From: Squalus acanthias
Taxonomy: Eukaryota
Length of the DNA stretch: 64,000 nt
NCBI GenBank assembly: GCA_030390025.1
Contig: CM059433.1
Coordinates: forward strand, 20,586,001 to 20,650,000
Direction of reading: 5' to 3'
Part shown: positions 37,850 through 50,140 of the stretch, one piece after another
Layout of the letters: every line of letters starts with the position of its first letter
How positions within the stretch are numbered: the stretch's first letter is position 1
Notes under the pieces: model-generated
Database searches by the model: none
Told to the model about the DNA's origin: nothing
What the model saw: only the letters and a program-made list of their open reading frames with translations
Translations under genes and position numbers: made by a program

Positions 37850-40800
37850 AACCACGTGTGCAGGAAGTGTTGTCAGCTTGAGGAGCTCAAGCTCCAGGTT
37901 TCAGAGCTTGAGCAGCAGCTAATGTCACTGTGGTACATCCGTGAGGCTGAGAGCTTCGTGGATAGCACGTTTCAGGAGGTGGTCACCCTGCAGCTAAGGA
38001 GTGCGCAGGCAGAGAGGAAATGGGTAACCGTCGGACAGAAGAGGAGGACCAGGCAGGTAGTGCAGGAGTCCCCTGAGTGCATCTCGCTCTCCAACCAGTA
38101 TTTGGTTCTGAGTACTGGTGAGGGCATTGGTTCCTCTGGGAAGTGCAGCCAGAGCCAAGTCCACGGCACCATGGGTGGCTCAGCTGTACAAGGGGGGAGG
38201 AAGCAGAGTGGGAGAGCAATAGTGGTAGGGGAGTCGATAGTTAGGGGAGCAGACAGGCGTTTCTGCGGCTGCAGACGTGATTCCAGGATGGTATGTTGCC
38301 TCCCTGGTGCCAGGGTCAAGGATGTCTCTGAGCGGCTGCAGAACATTCTGAGGGGGGAGGGTGAACAGCCAGAGGTCATGGTCCATATTGGTACCAATGA
38401 CATGGGTAGAAAGAGGGATGAGGTCCTGCAGGCAGATTTTTGGGAGCTAGGAGAGAGATTAAAAAGCAGGACCTCAAAGGTAGTAATCTCTGGATTATTC
38501 CCGGTGCCACGCGCGAGCGAGTATAGAAATAGGAGGATAGAGCAGATGAATGCATGGCTGGAGAGATGGTGCAGGAGGTAGGGCTTCAGATTCCTGGGAC
38601 ATTGGGACCAGTTCTGGGGGAAGTGGAACCTGTACAGGCCGGACTGGTTGCACCTCAACAGGGCCAGAACCAACATCCTCACGGTGAGGTTGTCTAGTGC
38701 TGTTGGGGAGGGTTTCAACTAATTTGGCAGGGGGATGGGCACCAGGATGTAACATTAGAAAGGGGAAATAAAGTGCTCAAATAATTGGGAGAGGCAGAGA
38801 GCACTAAAGTAAGAAATAATAAGGTTTTAGGTGGGGTCAAACAAAGAGAAAATACAGGATGGTCTAAAATGGGTTTACAGTGTATGTATGTGAACGCACG
38901 AAGCACAGTAAAAGAAAGACTTGCATTTATATAGCACCTTTCATGACCTTCTGACTCAGAGGCAAGTGTGCTACCAACTGAGCCACAGCTGATATGAAGG
39001 TAAGTGAGCTGCAGGCACAAATAGCCACATGGGAATATGATGTTGTGGCAATAAATGAGACCTGGCTCAAAAAAGGGCAGGATTGGGTATTAATTATCCC
39101 TGGTTATAAGGTGTTCAGGAAAGATAGAGAAGGAAAGATAGGAGGTGATGTGGCAGTATTGGTTAAGGAGAATGTTACAATGCTGGAGAGGGAGGATGTC
39201 CTGGAGGGGTCAAGGGACAGAATCTATATGGCTAGAGTTAAGAATAGAGGTGCCATTACACTACTAGGTGTATTCCATAGACCACCAAATAGTGGATAAG
39301 ATATGGAGGAGCAAATTTTCAGAGAAATTACAGAGAGGTGCAAGAACTGTGGAGTAGTAATAATGGGGGACTTCAACTATCCTAATATAGACTGGGATCA
39401 TAATAGTGTTAAGGGCAGAGAAGGGGAAGAACTTCTGAAGTGTGTTCAGGAGAACTTTCTTGATCAGTATGTTTCTGGCCCGACGAGGGAGGAGGCATTG
39501 CTGGATCTGGTTCTGGGGAATGAGGTAGGTCAAGTGGAGCAAGTGTCAGTAGGTGAACATTTAGGGAACATTAATCATAGTATCATAAGGTTTAGATTAG
39601 CTATGGAAAAGGACAAGGAGCAAGCTAGAGTAAAAATGTTTAACTGGGGGAAAGCCAATTTCAGTTGGGTGAGAACGGATCAGCCCAGGTAAACTGGAAT
39701 CAAAGATTGGCAGGCAAAACTGTAATGGAACAATGGGCTGCCTTTAAAGAGGAAATAGTTCAGGTACAGCTGAGGTACATTCCTACTAGGGGGAAAGGCA
39801 GGGCAACTAAATTCAGGGCTCCCTGGATGATGAAACAGATAGAGAATATGATGAAGCAGAAAAAGAGCGTGTATGACAGATGTCAGGTTGCAAATACATC
39901 TGAGAATCAGGCTATATATAGAAAGGTCAGAGGAGAAGTGAAAAAGAAAATAAGAGGGGGAAAATGAGAATAAAATGGCAGCCAACATAAAAGGTAATCC
40001 AAAAGTCTTCTATAGGCATATAAATAGTAAAAGGGTAGTAAGAGGAGTGATGGGGCCGATTAGGGACCAAAAATTAGACCTATGCATGGAGGCAGAGGGT
40101 ATGGCTGAGGTACTAAATGAGTACTTTGCATCTGTCTTCACCAAGGAAGAGGATGATGCCATAGACATAGTGAAGGAGGAGGTAGTGGAGACACTTTATA
40201 GGATAAAAATTGATAAAGAGGTATTAGAAAGGCTGTACTTAAAGTAGATAAATCACCAGGAGCGGATGGGATGCATCCTAGGATGCTGAGGGAAATCGTG
40301 GCGGTACTGGCCATAATATTCCAATCCTCCATAGATACGGGGGTGGTGCCAGAGGACTGGAGAATTGCAAATGTTACACCATTGTTCAAAAAAGGGTGTA
40401 AAGATAAACCCAGCAACTACAGCCAGTCAGTTTAACCTCAGTAGTGGGGAAGCTTTTAGAAACAGTAATCAAGGACAAAATTAACAGTCACTTGGATAGG
40501 TGTGGATTAATTAAGGAAAGCCAGCACGGATTTGTTAAAGGCAAATCGTGTTTAACCAACTTGATCGAGTTTTTTGATGAGGTAACAGAGAGGGTTGATG
40601 AAATTTAACGCAGAAAAGTGTGAAATGATACATTTTGGTAGAAAGAATGAGGAGAGGACATATAAACTAAATGGTAAAATCCTAAAGGGGGTGCATGAAC
40701 AGAGAGACCTGGGGGTATGTGTGCACATATCGTTGAAGGTGGCAGGGCTGGTTGAGAAAGTAGTTAAAAAGGCTTATAGGATCCTGGGCTTCATAAACAG

Positions 40801-41406
40801 AGGTATAGAGTATAAAAGTGTGGAAATTATGATGAACCTGTATAAAACACTGGTTCGACTTCAATGGGAGTATTGTGTCTTCTGGGCACCACACTTTAGA
40901 AAGGATGTGAAGGCCTTGGAGAAGGTGCAGAAAAGATTTACGAGAACGATTCCAGGAATGAGGGACTTCAGTTACGTTGATAGACTGGAGAAGCTGGGGT
41001 TGTTCTCCTTGGAGCAGAGAAGATTGAGAGCAAATTTGATAGAGGTGTTCATGAGGGGTCTAGACAGAGTAGATAGAGAGAAAGTGTTCCCATTGGCAGA
41101 AGGATCGAGAACCAGAGGACACAGATTTAAGGTGATTGGCAAAAGAACCAAAGGCGACGTAAGAAAAAACTTTTTTACGCAGCGAGTGGTTAAGATCTGG
41201 AATGCACTGCCTGAAAGGGTGGTGGAGGCAGACTCAATCTTATCTTTCAAAGGGGAGTTGGATAAATATCTGAAGGAAAAAATTTGCAGAGCTACGGGGA
41301 AAGGGCGGGGGAGTGGGACTAGCTAAGTGTCTGCACAGGCTCGATGGGCCGAATGGCCGCCTTCCATGCTGTAACCATTCTATGATTCTATGATTCTTCT
41401 ATGATT
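37850..41406 (+). mobile_element. CR1 LINE, partial ORF1 plus degenerate ORF2 with RT deletion
   Basis: ORF1 HVCRKC, VHIGTND with premature TAG at 38579; EN motifs; (TTCTATGA)n tail. Confidence 0.93.
38911..38995 (-). mobile_element. Internally deleted Deu SINE (head fused to tail) in CR1
   Basis: A-box head TGTGGCTCAGTTGGTAGC joined to CATGAAAGGTGCTATATAAATGCAAG. Confidence 0.85.
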
Positions 41407-43133
41407 TCATCAGTGGTAGGCTTTTGATAGTGACTTCTTATTTAGAGCTCTGTTCAAATCTCTTAAATTACTACAGAGTCTTATCTTCCAAGGCTTGTTA
41501 ACAATAACCAGGTTTGATGCTGAAGGTGTCATCTTAGTTAGTGATGCTATTGTCTTCTTTAGTCAATCTTTCAAGTTCCTGCTTGAGTTGAGATTATGCA
41601 ACAGGCACTTTCCTGGGCAGATAAATTATGGGTTTTACTACAGGATTCAGATCAAGTGACATTTTCCCTCTAGCCATCTCGCTTCTTGAAAGATAGCTGG
41701 ATATGCTTTGCTGAGTTGATCTAGGCTGAGCAAAGACTGGACTTTTCCTTTTGGCTGTAATCTGACCTCAGTAACAGTGGTAAGTATATTTTTAATATAA
41801 TATATACTTTTATATTGGATCATGACTAATTGCTGTCTGACATATCTAAAAATTATTTTGGTATTGTTTTATTATTCTTGGGGTTCATCAAGTTAATTCT
41901 GCAGGTTCTGAGAGACTTCAGAGCACTGCCAGAACTTGATGTGTTTCTTTAAGTTGACAGTTTTGCAGATCCTACAAGTGCTTGACTGTATATATAACGT
42001 ATATAGTGGCATGAACCTGCTTGGTATAGTTGCTGCCACTAACAGTATTTAAAAGCATTGTTAGACTGCATGGATCGACTGCGGGTTAAGCTTGTCTACA
42101 GCCAGATCAAAAAGGAGGCTTGCAGCAGCCGTTTATATTTGCCGTTCTTCAGGTGAGTCCCTGTTCTGTTGGAGGGACTGGCAGTACCTCATATATATTT
42201 CAGTGCTGCTTCGTCTCTTAGAGCACTGTGACATGGTTTCTTCACTGTGACTTCGAAAGGCTTGTGATCTGTCACATAAGAATATTGATGAAATCTTTCG
42301 AGTCAAAATACAGCTGTTTTTCAATCTAGGCATACCAGGACTCAGTGACACAGTTTTGCGGCATTAAAATAAACAAACAGGTTTACATTTTCTGCCCTAC
42401 TCGTGTCTTACATGATAACTCACCGATGGTGCAGAAAATTTGAAAATGTTCACTCAGTGCTGCTGAGAATTTAAGGAAGAATCCCACTCTCCCCAAACTT
42501 CGGTGATTCGGCAGAAGTATTTGGGAACTCAGGTCAAACTTGGCTCCAGCATTCTGGCCCTGACTTAGTTTCCTTCTCCAAACCCCAACCATAGTAAGCA
42601 GATGGATTATCATGGAACATGGACCAGCCAGTGGAACACATTGGGCTAAGTTATGTGGCAGTGACTGATAATCAGGATTACAAAAAAGTGGCCGTGATAG
42701 ATAAATGACCACTTTAAGAGGTGGTTGTAAATACAGATCGCACTGCATGGGGAATTAACTTTAAATAAACGTCTCTGTGCACAGTATGCGTACATCACTG
42801 CTTTCAAAATACATGTAGCTTCTGTTGAAAGGAGCTTGAAGTATGACAATGCATTCTTACCCCTTCTTGCCAGATGTCAGGAAAGGGGCACGAACTGTGG
42901 AAGCAGATTTAATAAGTTAATTGTTGTTGCCATCAGCTTCTTATCGCTCATTGTCCACAGTCAATAGAGTGGTAAGTTGAGCTGATGTAATCAGCCTCTA
43001 TGGTGAATGAGGTGCTGCTTCATTGGGGAAAACCTTACTTCAGTGTTTCAGGTGCTTCATGGCTGAAAAGCCACTTGTTACTGTGCATTAGTCTGTACAG
43101 TTCAGGAGTACCTGGTCTATTATACAAATCAAA

Positions 43134-43601
43134 GGGGCAGATTTTGATGCATACCGCCAGGTGGAAATGGGACGGTAGCTCCCCAATGATCATTTGGAGG
43201 AACTAACCACCCCATTCCCACCGTCGGCATTTTGCCGGGGTCCTCGGAATAGGTGGCCCGAGCGGCCGCCTGAGCAACCGTTCGGCTAATTTAGGTGTTT
43301 AAATTGGGGTCCTATGACATCAATCAAACCCCAATGCCATTTTAGGATGGAGCGTGCACAAGAGTAACCTCGGCTGCTGCCGCACCAGGTGCCCCCTACC
43401 CCTTGAGAATGGAACGCTCCCGGCCTACCTTTTTCCAGGCTCGGAGGCTGGCTGGACCACATGATATTACAGGAGCCCTGAGCCAGCAGGGTGCCCGGGG
43501 TGCTCTTTTTCCATCCGCAGCCCTCTGGCCCTATGTTGAGGAGGCCTGGACTATGTTGAGGAGGCTTCCCTTTGGCACTATCGGGAGGGAAAATCTACCC
43601 C
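43134..43601. mobile_element. Harbinger-type MITE
   Basis: TIR GGGGCAGATTTT / AAAATCTACCCC. Confidence 0.7.
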
Positions 43602-43604
43602 AGT

Positions 43605-43960
43605 ATGTGGTCAGTGACACAGAATGCCATTGGTTTTGTACTGAATTCCTACAGAAGATCCACAATGTTAATTCCCAGTCTGTGCTGAGTTAACAAATCT
43701 CAGTCGGGTTGGGGGCTGCACCAGGGACGCTACAATGTTCCACAGCATCTCTGGGCTAGGAAGGGGCAGATCAGTCAGAGCTCCTGATTGTGACCAGTGG
43801 CCCCTGATGGAAAGCACATGTGTATGTCATGTCAGGTGAGCACAGGATTGGGTGTGATGGCCCCGTGGTAAAATAGACTAACATTGGGCATTCTGGCTTA
43901 CACGGTAAGAATGGCCCTTTGGCATGGTACCAACGGGAGGTGCTACCTTCAGGAGAGGGG
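43605..43960 (+). mobile_element. AmnSINE2-like ancient SINE
   Basis: CTGTGCTGAGTTA..GCTACAAT..CTGGGCTAGG..CTCCTGAT..CCCCTGATGGAAAG..AAGAATGGCC. Confidence 0.65.
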
Positions 43961-44469
43961 GTCCAAAAGCTGGTTTAAAAAAAAAGAGTTTTCAACATTT
44001 GTCCCGTTAACTTTACTGCCCAGTTAGTGTTATACACAAACTGATATTAGCAGCCCAAAATAATTGAAAGATGCCATAGATTTGGAACAGCTTTTTCTAC
44101 CCTGTTTATTAGGCCTTGTGTGGTGCACGCACAGCTGACAAAACCCAGGACAAAACCTTAAGGGCGAAATTTTCCATTGCTTGTCAGCCGCACATCTCAC
44201 CCAGAAACATTCAGTTAAATCAGCAAACTGTACCCGTCTCATAAATTGCAGTAGACAGTCGGCCTGTCCTGTTATCACTGATGTGGCTGCTCGTGTTTTC
44301 TTCAGTTATCATTATAACGTTTGAGTCACACCTTCTGTTAACTGCAAGAAGCGCACTAGCAGCCAGAAGCTAGTGAGTAGTGCTCCCTGCGTGTGTTTGG
44401 GTACCCAGCTGTGGAACTCTGTCGTGCCCAACTTTGTAACAAAGCAAGCAGGCAGTAAAAACATAGTGA

Positions 44470-44602
44470 ACAAAAAGCAAAATACTGCAGATGCTGGCAA
44501 TGTGAAATGGAAACCGAAAACACTGGAAACACTTAGTGGGTCAGGCAGCATCAGTGGAGAGAACAGACAAGTCATTTTGGATATGGACTCTTCCTCAAAA
44601 CG
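44470..44602 (-). mobile_element. Degenerate Penelope-like terminal fragment
   Basis: Minus TTGAGGAAGAGTC..TCTCCACTGATGCTGCCTGACC..CCAGCATCTGCAGTATTTTG resembles a common shark PLE terminus (from memory). Confidence 0.55.
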
Positions 44603-45002
44603 AAAATAGGGCTGACACCACATCACATGGGATTGGGATTATTCCACTCTCCTTTCCATCATTTTGGTTACTTTCTTCTCTCTCTATCTCTCTCCTTCGC
44701 TGTTGTTTCTCCTTCCTTTCTCTTTTTTCTTTTCTCTCCGGGCCTCTCTGAACTGGTGGTGGCAGTGAAGCTGAACTGCCTCAGTGTTCTCCAATGGGCG
44801 ACGTCTTCTTTCTTCACCTGTGCTGTCCAACCCTGGGAGCCAGTGATTGAATTAACATTGCTGGACTCTGGGTGGTGAGGGACTGATGGGTTGAATGGCT
44901 TTTTCTTGCTCTGGACTTGGTCTTTATGGCTGTTACCATCATTCTAATGAGCCACACCTCACTCCCGCAGGCCAAAATTGGGCTGCACTAATCTTCACTG
45001 AA

Positions 45003-45186
45003 GGGCAAATTTTGACTTTGGGCGACAGTGTATAATGGGCAATATCGATTCAACCGCCCAATATACATCCCTCCTGATTTTTATCAACATTGAAGTTAAT
45101 TAAAATGAAAAACAGGAGAGATGTATAATGGGCAGCTGATTCAATGTGGCCACTTTTACACTATTGCCAAAGTCAAAATTACCCCC
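45003..45186. mobile_element. Palindromic (fold-back) MITE, ~184 bp
   Basis: Whole element is an imperfect inverted repeat: GGGCAAATTTTGACTTTGG..AGTGTA / TACACT..CCAAAGTCAAAATTACCCC. Confidence 0.85.
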
Positions 45187-45782
45187 AGTATGTGTTTACC
45201 ATTTGCTGCTTCTCTGCCCTATAAACAAGGGCTGTTGCTTCCTTGCACTGTTATTTTTCTATTAAAAGATAAAATAATCAGATTAAAGTTTTATTACACT
45301 TATATGGATGGATTAGTACTTTACATTGAAGATTTATTGGTTTGCATAATCCAGCATCAGTTGAATAAGTATTGGTAAGACGAAGGAATTAAAAAGAATT
45401 TTAACTACTTCTTAAAAGCAGCAGCCTCGTTTTCACATTGTTTGTGTGTAGATGGTTGATGGTTCACCTTCCACACTACCGACTTGCACCATCGGCAAGT
45501 GGGATTTTGAAGCATGTGTAAAAGAAAGTTATCCTATAATTCATTAGAGATAGCCTTTTCTCTGTTGCTCTGCTTGATGGGAAATGTGGTAACATAAAAC
45601 AGAGATAATCAGCAGGGAGGATGTAAGATTGCAAACTCTTGTGTACACACTCTTGCTGAACTCAGGAGAACTAGTAGCCTGGATGTTTGTGGGTCTGGTG
45701 TGATTTGCGTTTGTCTTGGGTTCACCTGTTACAGAATACATAGGATATGTTATAGACAGGATGGAAGTATGTCGAGAGATTA

Positions 45783-45894
45783 GGGGTAATTTTGACCTTG
45801 ACTTCAGTGGGAATGAAAATCGAGAGAGATGTATAATGGGCGGCAGATCTGATATCACTATTTTACACTATCGCCCAAAGTCAAAATTACCCCC
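45783..45894. mobile_element. Palindromic MITE, deleted copy
   Basis: GGGGTAATTTTGAC ... GTCAAAATTACCCC. Confidence 0.8.
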
Positions 45895-46480
45895 AAAGAT
45901 TCAGGTATTGTATAAATCACATGCCAATATCCATCTCTAATCACTCCCAATCTTCTTACTCAACTTCTGTATTAAGCATTACCGGAGTTGTATCAGGATG
46001 ACTCATTTCACAGTGGGCAGAGTGTCTGTGGTTACTGGAAAAAATATAATGAGCATGCTACATCAAAGACAGTTAAATACAGAAGAATCATTTTCCATAT
46101 CCTCATGCGAGAATACAAAAAAATCAAGTCCTTTTCTTGAATTAACAGGAGGATTCAATTCAATATGTTGAATAGGTCTGGATTTATTTGTCTGATCTGA
46201 CAATAAGAAATACTTTTCTAAAACACCTTTTATCTCATGTCACAGATGGGAAATTATTGTTGAATTGCACAGCGATGTTTAAGGTGAGCTATTACCTCAA
46301 TGGAGAGTTTTCCGGAGTGTTTGATGCAAGGAATATCAAAAACAGCCTGCTCTGAAATTTCAGCTCCTGTGCCACCAGAATTACAGCCCAGCCTACTATC
46401 TATTGCAGCACAAAGTTCCCCAGTGCATCAAAAACAATTAAATAAGATAAAAAATATTTCTGAATATCGCTGTGTCCCAA

Positions 46481-47044
46481 CCACTCCACTGACACTGGAT
46501 TACTGTTAGTTCCTCACTCCCCCACTCCACTGACACTGGATTACTGTTAGTTCCTCACTCCCCCCACTCCACTGACACTGGATTACTGTTAGTTCCTCAC
46601 TCCCTCCCCTCCACTGACACTGGATTACTGTTAGTTCCTCACTCCCTCCACTCCACTGACACTGGATTACTGTTAGTTCCTCACTCCCTCCCCTCCACTG
46701 ACACTGGATTACTGTTAGTTCCTCACTCCCTCCCCTCCACTGACACTGGATTACTGTTAGTTCCTCACTCCCTCCTCCACTGACACTGGATTACTGTTAG
46801 TTCCTCACTCCCTCCTCCACTGACACTGGATTACTGTTAGTTCCTCACTCCCTCCCCTCCACTGACACTGGATTACTGTTGTTCCTCACTCCCTCCCCTC
46901 CACTGACACTGGATTACTGTTAGTTCCTCACTCCCTCCTCCACTGACACTGGATTACTGTTAGTTCCTCACTCCCTCCCCTCCACTGACACTGGATTACT
47001 GTTAGTTCCTCACTCCCTCCACTGACACTGGATTACTGTTAGTT
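46481..47044. repeat. Minisatellite left arm, ~36-42 bp unit, ~14 copies
   Basis: Unit CCACTGACACTGGATTACTGTTAGTTCCTCACTCCCT(CC..). Confidence 0.97.
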
Positions 47045-47147
47045 ACATAGAAACATATAGAAACATAGAAGATAGGAGCATGAGTAGGCCATTCGGCCCC
47101 TCGAGCCTGCTCCGCCATTCGATGAGATCATGGCTGATCATCTAAAC

Positions 47148-50140
47148 TCAGTAACCTGTACCTGCCTTCTCCCCATATCCCTTGATACCTTTAGCTTCAA
47201 GAAATATATCTAACTCATCCTTGAAAATATTTAATGACTTCGCCTCAACTATCTTCTGTGGTAGAGAATTCCACAGGTTCACCACTCTCTGGGTGAAGAA
47301 ATTCTTCCTCATTTCTGTCCTAAATGGTTTACCCATTATCCGTAGATTATGACCCCTGGTTCTGGACTCTCCGACCATCGGGAACATTCTTCCTGCATCT
47401 AGTTTGTCCAGACCTGTCAGAATTTTATATGTTTCGATGAGATCCCCTCTCATTCTTCTATACTCCAGTGAGTATAAGCCCAATCGACCCAATCTCTCCT
47501 CATATGTCATTCCTGCCATCCCAGGTATCAGCCTTGTGAATCTTCGCTGAACTCCTTCCATGGCAAGAACATCCTTCCTCAGATAAGGCGACCAAAACTG
47601 CACACAGTACTCAAGGTGTGGTCTCACCAAGGCCCTGTACAACTGCAGCAGGACATCCCTGTTCCTATACTCAAACCCTTTCGCTATGAAGGCCAACATA
47701 CCATTTTCCTTCTTCACCGCCTGCTGCCCTGCATGCTTACTTTCAGCGACTGGTGCACAAGGACACCCAGGTCTCGTTGCACTTCCCCTTCTCCCAATCT
47801 ATTGCCATTCAGATAATAGTCTGCCTTTCTGTTTTTTACACCAAAGTGGATAACCTCGCACTTATCCACGTTATATTGCATCTGCCACGCTTCTGCCCAC
47901 TCACCCAACCTGTCCAGATCATCCTGGAGTTTCTCGGTATCCTCCTCGCAGCACACACTCCCACCCAGCTTTGTGTCATCTGCAAACTTGGAGATATTAC
48001 ATTTAATTCCCTTATCTAGATCATTAATGTATATTGTGAATAGCTGGGGTCCAAGGACTGATCCCTGCGGTACCCCACTAGTCACTGCTTGCCACTCGGA
48101 AAAAGACCCATTAATTCCTACTCTCTGCTTTCTGTCCGCCAACCAGTTCTCTATCCAAGTCAATACCTTGCCCCCAATCCCATGTGCCTTAACTTTACCC
48201 GCTAATCTCTTATGCGGGACCTTATCGAAAGCCTTTTCAAAGTCCAAATACACCACATCTACTGGTTCTCCCTTATCTATTTTCCCAGTTACATCCTCAA
48301 AAAATTCCAGTGGATTAGTCAAGCACGATTTACCTTTTGTAAATCCATGTTGACTTTGTCCGATCCTGTCACTGTTTTTCAAATGCTCAGCTATTACATC
48401 CTTTATAATGGACTCTAGCATTTTCCCCACTACCAATGTCAGGCTTACCGGTCTGTAATTCCCCGCTTTCTCTCTACCACCCTTTTTGAATAGTGGGGTA
48501 ACATTAGCTACCCTCCAATCCATGGGTACAGTTCCAGATTCCATCGAATGTTGGAAGATGATCAGCAATGCATCTACTATTTCTCAGGCCACTTCCTTAA
48601 GTACCCTAGGATGTAGATTATCAGGCCCTGGGGATTTATCGGCCTTCAATCCCATCAATTTCCCTAACACCATTTCCCTACAAATACTGATTTCTTTCAG
48701 TTCCTCCCTTTCATCAGACCGTATGTTCTCCAACATCTCTGGGAGCTTATTTGTGTCCTCCTTTGTGAAGACAGAACCAAAATATGCATTTATTTGGGCT
48801 GCCATTTCTTTGTTCCCCATTATAACTTCCCCCGCTTCTGACTTCAAGGGACCTACACTTGATTTCACTAATCTTTTTCGCTTCACATATCTATAAAAGC
48901 TCTTACAGTCAGTTTTTATGTTCCCAGCAAGCTTACTTTCATTTTCTATTTTCCCCTTCTTAATTAATCCCTTTGTCCTCCTTTGTTGAATCCTAAACTG
49001 CTCCCAATCCTCAGGGCTACCGCTTTTTCTGGCCAATTTATATGCCCTCTCCTTGGATCTTATGCTATCCCTAATTTCCCTTGTTAGCCACGGTTGAGTC
49101 ACTCTTTTTGTTTTATTCTTATGCCACACTGGGATGTACAAATTCTGTAGTTCATCCATGCAGTCTTTGAATGTTTGCCATTGCCTATCCACCGTCAACC
49201 CCTTGAGTGACATTCCCCAATCAATCCTACCCAATTCGCGCCTCATACCATCGTAGTTTCCTTTATTTAAATTCAGGACCCTAGTCTCTGATTCAACGAC
49301 TTCACTCTCCATCCTAATGAAGAATTCTATCATATTATGATCACTCTGACCCAAGGGGCCTCGTACAACAAGATTGCTAATTAATCCTTTCTCGTTGCAT
49401 AATACCCAGTCTAAGATGGCCTGATCTCTGGTTGGTTCCTCGACATATTGTTCCAGAAAACCATCTCGTAAACATTCTAGGAATTCCTCCTCCACAGTAT
49501 TTTTACTAATTTGGTTAGCCCAATCTATATGTAAATTAAAGTCACCCATGATGACTGCTGTGCCCTTACTGCATGCTTTTCTAATTTCCCTTTTAATGCC
49601 ATCCCCAACCTCCGTATTACTGTTTGGAGGTCTATATACCACTCCCACTAACGTTTTCTGCCCCTTGTTATTTCTCAGTTCTACCCATACAGATTCCGCA
49701 TCATCAGAGCTAATATCCTTCCTTTCAATTGTGTTAATCCCCTCTTTAACCAGCAATGCTACCCCACCTCCCTTTCTTTTTTGCCTATCTTTCCTAAATA
49801 TTGAATAACCCTGGATGTTGAGTTCCCACCCTTGGCCACCCTGGAGCCATGTTTCTGTAATCCCAATCAAATCGTATTAATTTACCTCTATTTGCGCAGC
49901 TAATTCATCCACCTTGTTCCGAATGCTCCTTGCATTAAGACACAAAGCCTTCAGGCTTGTTTTTTTAACGCTTTCAGACCTATATGAATTATTATTTACT
50001 GTGACCATGTTTGATTCAAACCGTTGAGTTCTTTGCCTTCTACTTTTGTTTTTCCCCTTCCTGTCTTTAGCTTTTATCCTTATCTCCCTTTCCTCTGTCT
50101 CTCTGCTCAGGTTCCCAACCCCCTGCCACTTTAGTTTAAA
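47148..50140 (-). pseudogene. CR1 ORF2 (APE endonuclease + reverse transcriptase)
   Basis: FKLKWQG..CLNARS..ETW..GDFN..SDH..YLDF..FADD; in-frame stops at ~49877 and 48584, frameshift near 47725. Confidence 0.93.

Noticed and set aside
37972..38718. 248-aa minus-strand ORF (also 50456-51055 and 56211-56816)
   Set aside because: Antisense shadows of LINE coding sequence
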